Positions 1-10,835 of a stretch of 64,000 bases of DNA are shown one piece after another (the stretch's first letter is position 1; the number at the start of each line of letters is the position of its first letter). The notes under the pieces were generated by a model. That model was not told where the DNA came from. It ran no database searches and saw only the letters and a list, made by a program, of their open reading frames with translations. Origin of the DNA: Candidatus Azobacteroides sp. (lineage in GTDB: Bacteria; Bacteroidota; Bacteroidia; Bacteroidales; WRGA01); contig JAJQEC010000090.1 of assembly GCA_021201815.1 (NCBI GenBank), forward strand, positions 107,370 to 171,369, written 5' to 3'. The position numbers were made by a program, and so were the translations under genes.

Positions 1-554
1 ATCAGGAATTCGGAACAAAAAACCGGAAAGTTGAACTTTCGGGCGAGGCATATTTCGAAGTATCGAAAAAGATGGATAAGCATTTTATTGTCCATACCAG
101 CATGCTCGATATAATTGATGTAGGCACTGTTTTTAATATAAAATCCTATGAAGAAGATAATGAAATTGTGGTATCCCTGATCGAAGGTGCGCTGAATATC
201 TCGTTACCGGATGACAAAACAAATGCGCTATGATCTGTGAAACCTGATGAAGAGTTTGTTTTTAATAAGCTTACTAAAAAAAACAGCTCAAAGAAAACAG
301 ATTCTTCCTACGCTGCACAGTGGATAAACAGTAAGCTCTATTTTGTAGATGCAAGTATCGAACAGATTACAAAAGACCTGGAACGTAGATACAATGTGAA
401 GATCAACATTGCAAGTGAAAAGATAAAAGGAGAAATCTTTTCGGGTAGTCTGGATTTAAATTTACCTCTGAAAGAAAACCTTTCTTATATGGATGTGGAT
501 AAAAAAATGAAAATAAGCCAATATGCCGATACAATTTATATAACTACAAAATAA
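1..554 (+). pseudogene. fecR: FecR-family anti-sigma factor, 5' end outside the window, interrupted by in-frame TGA at 231-233
   Basis: Frame from position 3 reads QEFGTKNRKVELSGEAYFEVSK...GTVFNIKSY...VSLIEGAL (FecR core), then TGA, then continues in the same frame into the 237..554 ORF (C-terminal domain, ERRYNVKI...FSGSLD). Confidence 0.8.
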
Positions 555-865
555 ATTTATCCTTTCAACATACATTTTTTTAGTTTTTTGATATTAGTTA
601 TACTACCCTGTTCATCCATGCAAATCAAAAAACGAAGGAAACATGTAAAAATAAAAATGCTGTAAACAGCACACATATATTAACCATAGACCTAAAATCT
701 ATTTACAAGTCAGTTTATAAGACAAATAACCAACAGATTCTTTCTGCTTAACTAGTATTTCCTCATTTATTTTTCCGAAAAAAATAAAAAAATATCGAAA
801 CAGGCTAAATGTTTTCGATATGAGAGGTGTATTATTAGTAGAACAGGATAAAAGGGTTTAATAAA

Positions 866-1858
866 ATGGCCGGGAAAATAAAACAATTCGAACTATTAAT
901 GATGAAATATGTATCGGGAAGTCTTTCCGATAGGGAAGCCTCCGAATTGTTGGATATTCTTAACTCAGATAATGAATATATGGTTCGTTATAATGATATA
1001 TTGAAGATACATGCGGTTTCTCACATTCCGGTCATAGCATTAAAAAAAGATTCCAATTACAAATCCGTACTAAACCGGATGGATAATCGTCCGGGTTTTA
1101 ACAGGCATCATACTTTTAGTAAATACTTATTCAGAGCGGCTGCTATTTTTATTTTGTTGTTAACTACCTCCATTTCTCTCTATTATATTCATGCCGATTA
1201 TAATTCAGGAAATAATTTATCAGGCTATGAGATGGTGGTTCCACATGGCTCCCAGTCTAAAATTATCCTGCCCGACGGAACCGTCGCATGGCTGAATTCA
1301 GGCTCGACACTTAAATATACTAATTCCTATGGAAAACGGAACAGAACAGTTTTTCTTACCGGAGAAGGGTATTTTGATGTGAAGGAAGATAGGAAGAACC
1401 CTTTTTTTGTACATGCCGGAAAAATCGAAATAAAAGTATTGGGAACCATATTTAATGTACGTGCCTATTCGGACGAGAAAACGTTGGAAGTGGATCTGTT
1501 GGAAGGAAAAATAGAGATTTTCCACGAAAATGACCATCCGTTGATTCTCCTGCCGGATAAAAAGCTGGTATATAATAAAGATAATAATACGGTTTTTTCC
1601 TATAAAACCGATGTTTCCAGATCTACGGCGTGGACTACGGGTAAACTTCGTTTTGTGGATGTATCCTTACAGGATATATCGAAAGACCTGGAAAGAAGAT
1701 ATGATGTAAAAATCGTGATCGGATCACAACACATCAAAGACGAATTGTTTTCAGGTACCCTGGATTTAAATCAACCCATTGAGAAAATACTTGAATACAT
1801 TGATGTCGATAAAAAATATACAAGAAATTATTATGGAAAAGAAATCCATATTGATTAA
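866..1858 (+). CDS. fecR: FecR-family anti-sigma factor
   Basis: TM segment, then LPDGTVAWLNSGSTL, LTGEGYFDV, VLGTIFNV motifs and C-terminal ERRYDVKI domain. Confidence 0.92.
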   Translation: MAGKIKQFELLMMKYVSGSLSDREASELLDILNSDNEYMVRYNDILKIHAVSHIPVIALKKDSNYKSVLNRMDNRPGFNRHHTFSKYLFRAAAIFILLLTTSISLYYIHADYNSGNNLSGYEMVVPHGSQSKIILPDGTVAWLNSGSTLKYTNSYGKRNRTVFLTGEGYFDVKEDRKNPFFVHAGKIEIKVLGTIFNVRAYSDEKTLEVDLLEGKIEIFHENDHPLILLPDKKLVYNKDNNTVFSYKTDVSRSTAWTTGKLRFVDVSLQDISKDLERRYDVKIVIGSQHIKDELFSGTLDLNQPIEKILEYIDVDKKYTRNYYGKEIHID

Positions 1859-2077
1859 ATCTAAAACCAACAATAAACTAATTTATTTACAGCATATAAT
1901 AAACGTTTAACCTATTCCCATTCACATTTGCAAACAGAGAAGCCGGAAAAGAAATCAGGATTTGTCAGTGCAACGATACATGTTGAAATTAGCTTGATAT
2001 ATATTTCGATCATTAGTATAAAACTTAATTCCCTATAAAATTTTTAATACTCAATTCATAACCTTATAAAAAATAGT

Positions 2078-3508
2078 ATGAAAAAGACACTCTTTCCCAA
2101 AAGCATGTGGATACTTATCTTATTCGCTTGTGTTACATTCAACATACACGCTGTTGTTCATATAACCGCTCCCCTGGCATCCGAATATAGCTGGTATTAT
2201 AACGGGGAACTTATTCCCGGTGAAAATGACCGGATTCTTCGGGCGGAAGATGCCGGAGTTTATATGGTAGAAATGGTGAAAGAAGACGGTTCTCAAACTA
2301 AAGAATTTTATAACCTGTCTGCTTCCGGTACAGTCAGAAAACTGATTTTTATCGGCGACTCTACAGCAAGTATGTATGATATAAATCGTTTTCCCCGAAC
2401 CGGTTGAGCACAACTTCTACCCAAATTTTTTGACGACAGTAAAATACAGGTCCTGAATAAGGCCCGAAGCGGTAGCACTACCGCCTCTTTCTATAGTGAT
2501 AAAGATTGGTTTTCCATTCTGCCTGCCATTGAAGAAGGAGACTTTGTATTTATCCAATTCGGGTTAAATGATGCCGTCCAGGTACCCTTAGAGGAATTTA
2601 AAGGGTATTTAAAAAAATATGTCCATGAAACCCGTGAAAAGGGTGGCATACCTGTGCTTTGTACTCCGATCAGCCGGAATTTCTGGGATCCGGCAGATAC
2701 AACGAAAATCGTTGATAAAATTGGCGACTATCCCCTGTCCATCAAACATGTTGCCTCGGAAGAAGATGTCCCGCTCCTTGATATAGAAACCGCTACGAAG
2801 ACTCATTTTGAATCGTTAGGGAAATATACATGTACCTGGGATGTATTTATGAATCTCAAACCGGGTGAGTATCCTTATACAGAGTGGGCAGATGGGTTGG
2901 TGGATAACTCCCACCTTAAATTATGGGGAGCCATGGAGGTTTGCAAAGTTGCTGTGGAGGTTATGCGGAAACATGCCGATGATAAAGAGATAGCCATCCT
3001 GATTCCTGCGCTGCAGGACGCATTCCTTGTGAATGGAAAAGTGAATATACCTCTTGCAGGAGTTGTAACAGGAAATTCATCGTATGCCCATGGCGAACCG
3101 GTATCCCTGAGAGCTGTTGTGAAAAATCCGGACTATGTATTTGAGAACTGGACGCTGGACGATGAAGTAGTTAGTACTTCAGCCAATTATAAATTTGTTA
3201 TGGGAGACTCGGATATATCTCTGTCTGCCAATTTCCGGCATATTACCTCTTCCATTGATAAAGAGAAGAATAAAAACTTTGTTCTTTCCCCCAATCCGGC
3301 TAATGATTTCTTACATATCCGTGCTCAAAGTAATATCCTTTCATGCAGATTATTTGATTTGGCAGGAAAAAACATATTGTCGTCCACGCATAACGACCAA
3401 CAAATAACTCTGCCTGTGACGGAATTACTCGATGGGATGTATATCATCCATATTGAAACAGAGAAATATATCGTGAGCAGAAAGTTTATTGTAAAACATG
3501 AAAGATGA
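2078..3508 (+). pseudogene. SGNH/GDSL esterase (rhamnogalacturonan acetylesterase/CE12-like) with T9SS C-terminal domain, split by in-frame TGA at 2405-2407
   Basis: Signal peptide; IGDST, RTG*AQ (family GWGQ-like), NKARSG, IQFGLND and DNSH motifs all in one frame; C-terminal LSPNPA...RKFIVK sorting domain. Confidence 0.85.
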
Positions 3509-3552
3509 ATTAACCGGAATAAATCGAATATATAACCTAAAATAAAATTAGT

Positions 3553-4899
3553 ATGAATTACCGAATAGCAATGATCATTATCTGTACACTATTTTCTTTG
3601 TGCCTTAGTGCACAGGTAGAGTATACGACTCCGGCCAGCCGTAATCCCTTAAAATGGCCTTTCAGTTCAACATCAATCTGGAATACGCCCATCGGAAGCG
3701 ATGCGGTATATGTGCATGCATATATCGAAAAATCGACGGGCGCAGGTATGACAATCGATGAAGATTTAATTATCCTGCGTCCCCATGAACCTTTTATGGA
3801 TGTATATTACAGTGATGCGGCATGGAACAGGAATAAAGACCGCTGTGTGCCTACCGGCGGGAGAATGGTTTCGTTGCCTATACCCGGTGATTTTGTTGTA
3901 AGCCGTGAAACATGGATTGCAAATACCCCTAATTCGGCCATGTCTGTTTTGATGCCGGATATGCGGACTATTAAGCAGAACCAGCCGTTTGCTTACTGTG
4001 AGGAAGGTGGAGTAGCAACAACCGGTTTTTTATTTGATGATGTGGATCTTTACGGGGATGGATACTATGGGGCACATGGCGGTTCTAAACTTTCTGCCAT
4101 CGGAGGGACGCTTCGTGTGGGAGAACTTACAAAAGAGTCGGGACCCATACGCCACGCATTGAAAATAAACCTGAATGCCGCCAACAATCTATACTACGAT
4201 GAAGAAACAAAAGGCTTCCGTTGGCCTGCGTTGCGTGCGGATGCCGTTGCTGCCACCGACTATTATAAAGACCGGAAAAATCCTGTAGTACCTGCTTGCA
4301 GAATGGGGGCGTTGTTGGCTTTGCCCTCCTGGATGGACCTGGATTTAATGGAGTTTGAAACAGAACCTGCAAGAATCCTGGCACAAGCTTTTCAGGATTA
4401 TGGAGCCTATGTCGTGGATAATACAAATTGGGATGTGTATAGTATTATAGTAGAATGGGGTCTTGACGGGCGATTTTCCGAGGAGTTTGAAAAAAACTGG
4501 GGATTCAGCATAAACCCGCCCCTGAAAAGTAATCCCTGGTCCAGGGACATGGATCGGATTTTTATGAATTTGCATGTGGTCGACAACAATTCCCCTACAT
4601 CCATTGGTGGCGGTGGTACTCCCAGAGCTCCTTTAGCGCCCGATCACTTTGATGATATAACCGGAATAAAGGAACTTTCCCAACATACGCTGAATGTCTA
4701 TCCAACCGTTGCCCGAGATATGATAACAGTCGAGGGAATCGGAAGGAATGAAACCATTAAAATATACAACAGCTTAGGGATGATGGTCGATACGACATCT
4801 TCTTTGCACGATAAACAGACGATTGATATTGCCACATTTACGTCCGGATTATATTTCTTGACTACCCATAAAGAGTCCATCCGTTTCATTAAGGAGTGA
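3553..4899 (+). CDS. Uncharacterised secreted protein with T9SS C-terminal domain
   Basis: Signal peptide; WPFSSTSIWNTPIG, IRHAL, FQDYGAYVVD blocks; ends VYPTVA...GLYFL...RFIKE. Confidence 0.8.
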   Translation: MNYRIAMIIICTLFSLCLSAQVEYTTPASRNPLKWPFSSTSIWNTPIGSDAVYVHAYIEKSTGAGMTIDEDLIILRPHEPFMDVYYSDAAWNRNKDRCVPTGGRMVSLPIPGDFVVSRETWIANTPNSAMSVLMPDMRTIKQNQPFAYCEEGGVATTGFLFDDVDLYGDGYYGAHGGSKLSAIGGTLRVGELTKESGPIRHALKINLNAANNLYYDEETKGFRWPALRADAVAATDYYKDRKNPVVPACRMGALLALPSWMDLDLMEFETEPARILAQAFQDYGAYVVDNTNWDVYSIIVEWGLDGRFSEEFEKNWGFSINPPLKSNPWSRDMDRIFMNLHVVDNNSPTSIGGGGTPRAPLAPDHFDDITGIKELSQHTLNVYPTVARDMITVEGIGRNETIKIYNSLGMMVDTTSSLHDKQTIDIATFTSGLYFLTTHKESIRFIKE

Positions 4900-4967
4900 A
4901 GACAGGAAAAACAGCTAAGCGGGAGAAAAAAACGCTTACTAATATACTATATCTTAAATCTACTAAC

Positions 4968-7900
4968 ATGAAAAATTTCTTTTTAAACAAAATGCAAATT
5001 TTACTCTCCGGAAGAAGGTTATCGTTGATGGTTATTTTTTGGTCCTTTTTAGGCATAGCGGCCTATGCGCAGGAAAGTAGAATAACCATTAAGCAAAGTA
5101 ATACGCCATTAAGCCGGGTACTGAATGAAATAGAATCTAAAAGCGGATACTCTTTCCTGGTGCGAAGTTCTGACTTCGATTTAAATCAGGTAGTTTCCAT
5201 CCATGCAGAGAATAAAACAATAGGGGAAATACTTTCCATGCTTTTCAGGGACAAGGATGTGAAATATGAAATCAATGATAAGAGTATTTCCATATACAAA
5301 CCACAACAGGCCGTACCCCCCAAAGGGTTAGAGATAACAGGTACTGTGGAGGATATAAACGGGGAAGCAATAATTGGTGCCAATATTTTAGAAAAGGGAA
5401 CAAGCAATGTTACCGTGACCGATGTGGACGGCCGTTTCTCTTTGAAAGTGAAAGGCAATGCCAGGTTGGTCGTTTCCTACCTGGGCTATATCCCGAAAGA
5501 AGTTGCTGTGAATAATAACTCCAGATTGAAAATCGTATTATCCGAAGACGAGATAAGCCTGAATGAAATAGTGGTAGTTGGGTATGGGAGTATGAAAAGA
5601 AGGGATTTGACAGGTTCGGTTTCTTCGGTAGGACAAGATGTATTGAAAAATTCTCCCGTCACTTCAGTCGCTCAAACGCTGGCAGGCAGAATGCCAGGGG
5701 TACAAATTACACAAACCGATGGTTCGCAGGAAGCCGAAATGAAAATAAGGATACGTGGAGGCGGGTCCCTGACTCAGGATAACTCCCCGTTGTATGTTGT
5801 CGACGGTTTTCCCGTAGAAGATATCAATAACATTGTACCGGGTGATATCGAGAGCGTGGATGTATTGAAAGATGCTTCCTCTACAGCAATATACGGCGCC
5901 CGTGGTGCTAATGGCGTGATTCTGATAACAACGAAGGGGGGTGTCGAATCGAAACCAAAAATAAACTTCAACAGTTACTATGGCGTAAAGAAGATGACTG
6001 ATTTTTATGATGTCATGGATGGGTACGAATACGTAAACTGGCAATGGGAATACCAGATGCTTACCAATCAAAACAATTACAATAGCCTCAGAAGGTCCTT
6101 CGGCGAATTCCAGGATATGCATCTTTACAGGCAAATGAAAGGGGAAGACTGGGTAGATCAGATACTCGGAAAAACAGGCACTGTTTTCAATAATAATCTT
6201 TCTGTCAACGGAGGGAATAAGATGGTAAGATACAATGTGAGCCTGACTCATAACAACAACAAAGAGATTATGATGGGACAGAGTGCCGAAAGGCTAAATC
6301 TTTCAGGTAAAACCCTTTTTAATCTTACCGACAGGCTTTCGTTAGATGTAAGTGTACGGGTAGCCGATTATTCTTTCAAGGGAGCCGGAACAGGATCTGC
6401 GCGGTTGAATAACATTGTCCAATATCGTCCGGTTGACGGTATAACAGGATTTGTAGACCCTACGGACGGTTTTGATATAGACAACGAATTTGTATTGAAT
6501 CCTTATTTACAGACACAGGATGATTATCGGCGCAGGGAACAATTGACTTTAAATGTTGACGCTGCCGTGAATTATAAAATAACGAAAGAATTAACTTTCC
6601 GGATCGAGGCAGGACAGCAATATGCAAAGAATACGTACAAACGGTTTTATGGGTTGAATACGTTCGAATCCATTTTATGGGGAGCCCAACCCCTTGCATA
6701 TAATGAGAAGAGGGACGGGGAAAGTTTCAGGGTTGCCAATACGTTCACCTACAGTAAGTCCGATTTTATAAAAGACCATACCCTGACATTGATGATAGGG
6801 CAGGAGTATCTTGAATCTAAGAACGAAATTATATATGCTGAATCCAGGTATTTTCCTAAATATATAGATGCCGTGAGTGCATTGTCAATGATGCAGTTGG
6901 GAGTTGCCCAGCCTGTTAAAACATCCGATAGTCAAACAAAGACCGCATCCTTTTTTGGCCGGGCAAACTATGATTATAAAGGGAAATACCTGCTTTCGGC
7001 AACATTAAGAACCGATGGCTCCAGCAAATTTGCCAGGGGGAACAGGTGAGCATCGTTTCCTTCTCTTGGGATAGGTTGGAGGATATCCGATGAAGGATTT
7101 ATGGCTCCTGCATCGCCATGGTTGTCACACCTTAAGCCGAGGCTCAGCTTCGGTCAGGCCGGAAACGACCGTATCGGCAATAATTTATCGGACAGGATAT
7201 TTGAAATTTCCGCCGAAAGTATGCTCTACATGGAAGGGAATGAAGAAAATCCTACGGTATTCATCGTACCCGGAAGTGTATTATCCAATCCCGGTTTGAA
7301 ATGGGAAAGGACCATCACCCAAAACGTAGGGCTGGATTTCGGTTTTTTTGACAACAGGCTAAGCGGTTCTTTCGAATTGTATCATAATAAGACAAAAGAC
7401 CTGTTGATTAAATCAACCATCCCCTCCAGTTCCGGTTATTCACAACAAATGCAGAATATCGGCCAGACCTCCAATAAAGGGTTAGAACTGGCCCTGAGTG
7501 GGGTAATTATAAAAAAACAAGATTTTTCATTATCTGCCAATTTTAATATTGCCTTCAATAAAAACAGGATCGACAAGCTGGATGAAACCAAAGAATGGTT
7601 GCAAAGTACGACATGGACTGCCGATTCAGGAGGTCCTAACGGCGAATTCATAATTAAAGAAGGGGGCCAGGTGGGAACGATGTACGGGTATGTTACCGAC
7701 GGAATGTATACCTATGATGATTTCGACTATGTCAATGGAAAATATGTCTTAAAACCTGACGTTCCAAGCAATCAGAAAATTACGAATCCAAGATTCTTCG
7801 GACCTGGCTCGTTGAAATTCAAAAATCAGAATGATGATCTGGTGATTGACGAAGAAGATAAAGTGGTCATAGGAAATGCAAATCCGAAACATACCGGAGG

Positions 7901-8438
7901 TTTTGGCATGAACGCGACACTAAAAGGGTTCGATTTCTCAGCATTCTTCAACTGGGTATATGGGAACGATATTTATAATGCCAATAAAATGGAATATACC
8001 AGTACCCGTGCAGGCCGTACCTATAAAAATCTGATAAATATGATGAACTCGGAAAACAGGTTTACTTATCTTGATCCGACTACAGGATATATTGCAACCG
8101 ACCCTGAACAATTAAAAGAAATGAATCGGAATGCAACCATGTGGTCGCCCGGTATGTCTTTGGTGCCACTTCATTCATGGGCGGTCGAAGACGGTTCTTT
8201 TTTAAGGCTTAATACTCTGACGCTTGGCTATACATTACCAACACACTTATTGAAAAAAGCAAGAATAGATAATTTGCGTGTATATGTAACAGGCTATAAT
8301 TTATGGACATGGACAAACTATTCGGGCAATGATCCCGAAGTGGACACACAACGTACAACACCCCTTACTCCGGGAGTAGATTACAACGCTTATCCTAAAA
8401 GCCGTTCATTCATTGTTGGTCTAAACTTAACACTCTAA
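4968..8438 (+). pseudogene. susC: SusC/RagA TonB-dependent transporter with N-terminal signalling (STN) extension, split by in-frame TGA at 7047-7049
   Basis: VVVGYG, DLTGSVSSV, KDASSTAIYGARGANGVILITTK motifs; DGSSKFARGNR*ASFPSLGIGWRIS continues in frame into the 7101..8438 ORF ending YPKSRSFIVGLNLTL; start placed at the ATG at 4968. Confidence 0.9.
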
Positions 8439-8450
8439 ATTAAAATATTG

Positions 8451-8560
8451 TGAAATAAAGCATGAGAAGGTATTTCACGCCACAGGATAATGATGTTTAA
8501 ACGCATGCTGCGTTCTATATGACCTTAATGTAAAAAATAAAAAAATAACGTATGAAAAAA
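8451..8560 (+). repeat. Conserved leader, copy 1 (upstream of susD)
   Basis: Colinear with 19235-19343: shared tgaaataaagcatgagaa ... catgc ... gaccttaat ... aaaaataacgtATGaaaaaa. Confidence 0.85.
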
Positions 8561-10360
8561 TATATTTCTATTCTATTTGCTCTCGTAGGTATAGTTGGGG
8601 TAACTTCCTGCGATGACATACTGGATACAGATTCCAATTCCGTATTCACGGAAGAAACGGTATTTAAAAACTACGATTTTGCCCTGAAGGCAGTAAATGG
8701 TATTTATGCCGAGTTTATGTCGGTCTATATGTATGGTAACAACCTGATATTTTTCAAATTAGGAAACGATATTGAAGTCAGGACCGGTGCCCTCAACGGC
8801 GAGCGTGTCGATTTGGCCCAGTATGCCGCCGACCCCGGAAATTCGGCTCTTGCTCCTGCCTATAGAAGGTTTTATCAAAGTATAGAAAGGGCTAATATCT
8901 GTATCGAAGGACTTCCTAAAAGTCCGGTCTGGACTGGCGATTATGCTAAAGAAGCAAGAGTTCTATACGCTGAAGCCGTTGCTTTACGGGCATTTTGTTA
9001 TTCGGAACTTATTTCTTTCTGGGGAGATGTCCCTTTTAAAACGAAACCCACTCAGGCCGGAGATAATTTCTATCTTCCCAAAACCGACCGGGACGAAATG
9101 TATGAATATCTGATTCAGGATCTCAGGGACATTCAGGATGACATTCCATGGATGAACACAAGTGCAGAAAGGGTTACAAAGGGATTTGTAAAAGGCCTGA
9201 GGGCGAAAATGGCCCTTGCATATGCCGGGTATTCGCTTCGTAATGGCACTCTTGAAACCAGGAGAGGCAGGCATTGGGAAGAATATTATAAGATTGCGAA
9301 TCAGGAGTGCTTTGAATTGATAGAAAGTGGCGTTCATAAGATGAATCCTGATTACGAAAATATATTCCGGTTACTTCATACCTATGCACAAGATGCTTCC
9401 AATAAAGAAATTTTATGGGAACTAGCGTTTGGCAGAGGGTCAAGTGGACGTCTTGCGCAGGCTTTCGGGATGACATTTTCTACCAATCCTGCCGATCCGA
9501 AATACGGAAGAGCTGTGGCTGAGCCTTCTGTTCCTTTCAGCTACTATTATTCCTTTGACCCAACAGATTTGAGAAGATCCGTCAACGTGGAACTCTATAA
9601 CTATTCGGATCCCGCTTATCCCGGACAACAAAGACTCGGAGGCGCTACAGCGCTGAAACCATGTAAATGGCGTCGTTCGTGGATCGTACCTAACCTGGGT
9701 GGCGATAACAGGCAGATGCAGGCTACGGGAGTCAATTTTCCGGTTATGCGGTATACCGATGTATTGCTCATGTTTGCGGAAACAGAAAATGAAATTAACG
9801 GAATGCCCACAGAAGCCGCAAAAGATGCATTGCGCCAGGTAAGGGAAAGAGCTTTCCCGCGGGAAGTGTGGCAGGAGAAAGTCACGGATTATATAAACCG
9901 TGTTTCCGGAAGTAAAGAAAGCTTCTTTAACGCCATTGTAGACGAAAGGGCATGGGAATTTGGCGGAGAGCTTATCCGTAAGAACGATTTGATACGCTGG
10001 AATTTATTGGGCGAAAAAGTAGAAAAAATGAAATCGGATTGCTGGAAAATACTGGATGACCATCCGGATTTCAGTTGGGTGCCGGATGTGATTTACTGGA
10101 AATATAAAAATGATAACGAAACCCTTGATATATTAAATCCCGATTATCGCTGGCCTGAAGACGAAGAGGCACCCGAGGGTTATTTCAGCTCGGTATGGGG
10201 ACCTGCCTTTTCAGAGGCGAACAGAATTAAACTTGAAGATTTTCTGAATGAATGTATATCCGGATACCGCAAAGAAAAGAATAATCATTTATTTCCGTTA
10301 AGTGCCACAACGATAACCGACAGTAATGGGGTATTGTCTAACGACCAGATACCCGATTAA
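8552..10360 (+). CDS. susD: SusD/RagB lipoprotein
   Basis: Lipobox TSC; ALRAFCY...WGDVP, MRYTDVLLMFAE, ERAWEFGGE, DLIRW motifs; follows susC. Confidence 0.95.
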   Translation: MKKYISILFALVGIVGVTSCDDILDTDSNSVFTEETVFKNYDFALKAVNGIYAEFMSVYMYGNNLIFFKLGNDIEVRTGALNGERVDLAQYAADPGNSALAPAYRRFYQSIERANICIEGLPKSPVWTGDYAKEARVLYAEAVALRAFCYSELISFWGDVPFKTKPTQAGDNFYLPKTDRDEMYEYLIQDLRDIQDDIPWMNTSAERVTKGFVKGLRAKMALAYAGYSLRNGTLETRRGRHWEEYYKIANQECFELIESGVHKMNPDYENIFRLLHTYAQDASNKEILWELAFGRGSSGRLAQAFGMTFSTNPADPKYGRAVAEPSVPFSYYYSFDPTDLRRSVNVELYNYSDPAYPGQQRLGGATALKPCKWRRSWIVPNLGGDNRQMQATGVNFPVMRYTDVLLMFAETENEINGMPTEAAKDALRQVRERAFPREVWQEKVTDYINRVSGSKESFFNAIVDERAWEFGGELIRKNDLIRWNLLGEKVEKMKSDCWKILDDHPDFSWVPDVIYWKYKNDNETLDILNPDYRWPEDEEAPEGYFSSVWGPAFSEANRIKLEDFLNECISGYRKEKNNHLFPLSATTITDSNGVLSNDQIPD

Positions 10361-10404
10361 AGGAAAATAGTAAAATTTATTTCAATCAAAAAAATTAAAC
10401 CAAT

Positions 10405-10803
10405 ATGTTACTGAATAGAATAATAGCCAACTATTTAATCGCATTAGCAGCTCTGGTAATGCTACCGGTATTGTGTGTTTCCTGTGACGATGATGATGAT
10501 AAAACAGGGGATGAACCCGGGCAATTGTTTCGCCCGGTCCTGTTTTCCGTAGAATCCAGGACTGAACCCGTTATATTGACATGGGTGCCTATAAAAGATG
10601 CCTCTTATTTAATGGAAATAAGCCGGGATAGCCTGAAATTTGAAGTTGAACTGCAAAGGGAATCCCTGCAAACCGGAACAAAAGAATTAGAACTATCCGG
10701 TTTGATGAAGGGCGAAAGGTATTCCGCCCGGATCAAATCCATAAGTAATAACCCTGCAATACGGGATTCCGAATTTGCAACCCTGTCTTTTGTAGCACCA
10801 TGA
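10405..10803 (+). CDS. Small lipoprotein with fibronectin type III-like domain
   Basis: Lipobox VSC followed by acidic run; LFRP, LTW, YSARIKS pattern; SusE position. Confidence 0.7.
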   Translation: MLLNRIIANYLIALAALVMLPVLCVSCDDDDDKTGDEPGQLFRPVLFSVESRTEPVILTWVPIKDASYLMEISRDSLKFEVELQRESLQTGTKELELSGLMKGERYSARIKSISNNPAIRDSEFATLSFVAP

Positions 10804-10835
10804 TGCTACCTGTTACAGCCAAATAAAAGAAAATA

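Noticed and set aside
2405-7049. Selenocysteine at the in-frame TGA codons
   Set aside because: The positions correspond to Trp in family motifs, not Cys; these are not selenoprotein families
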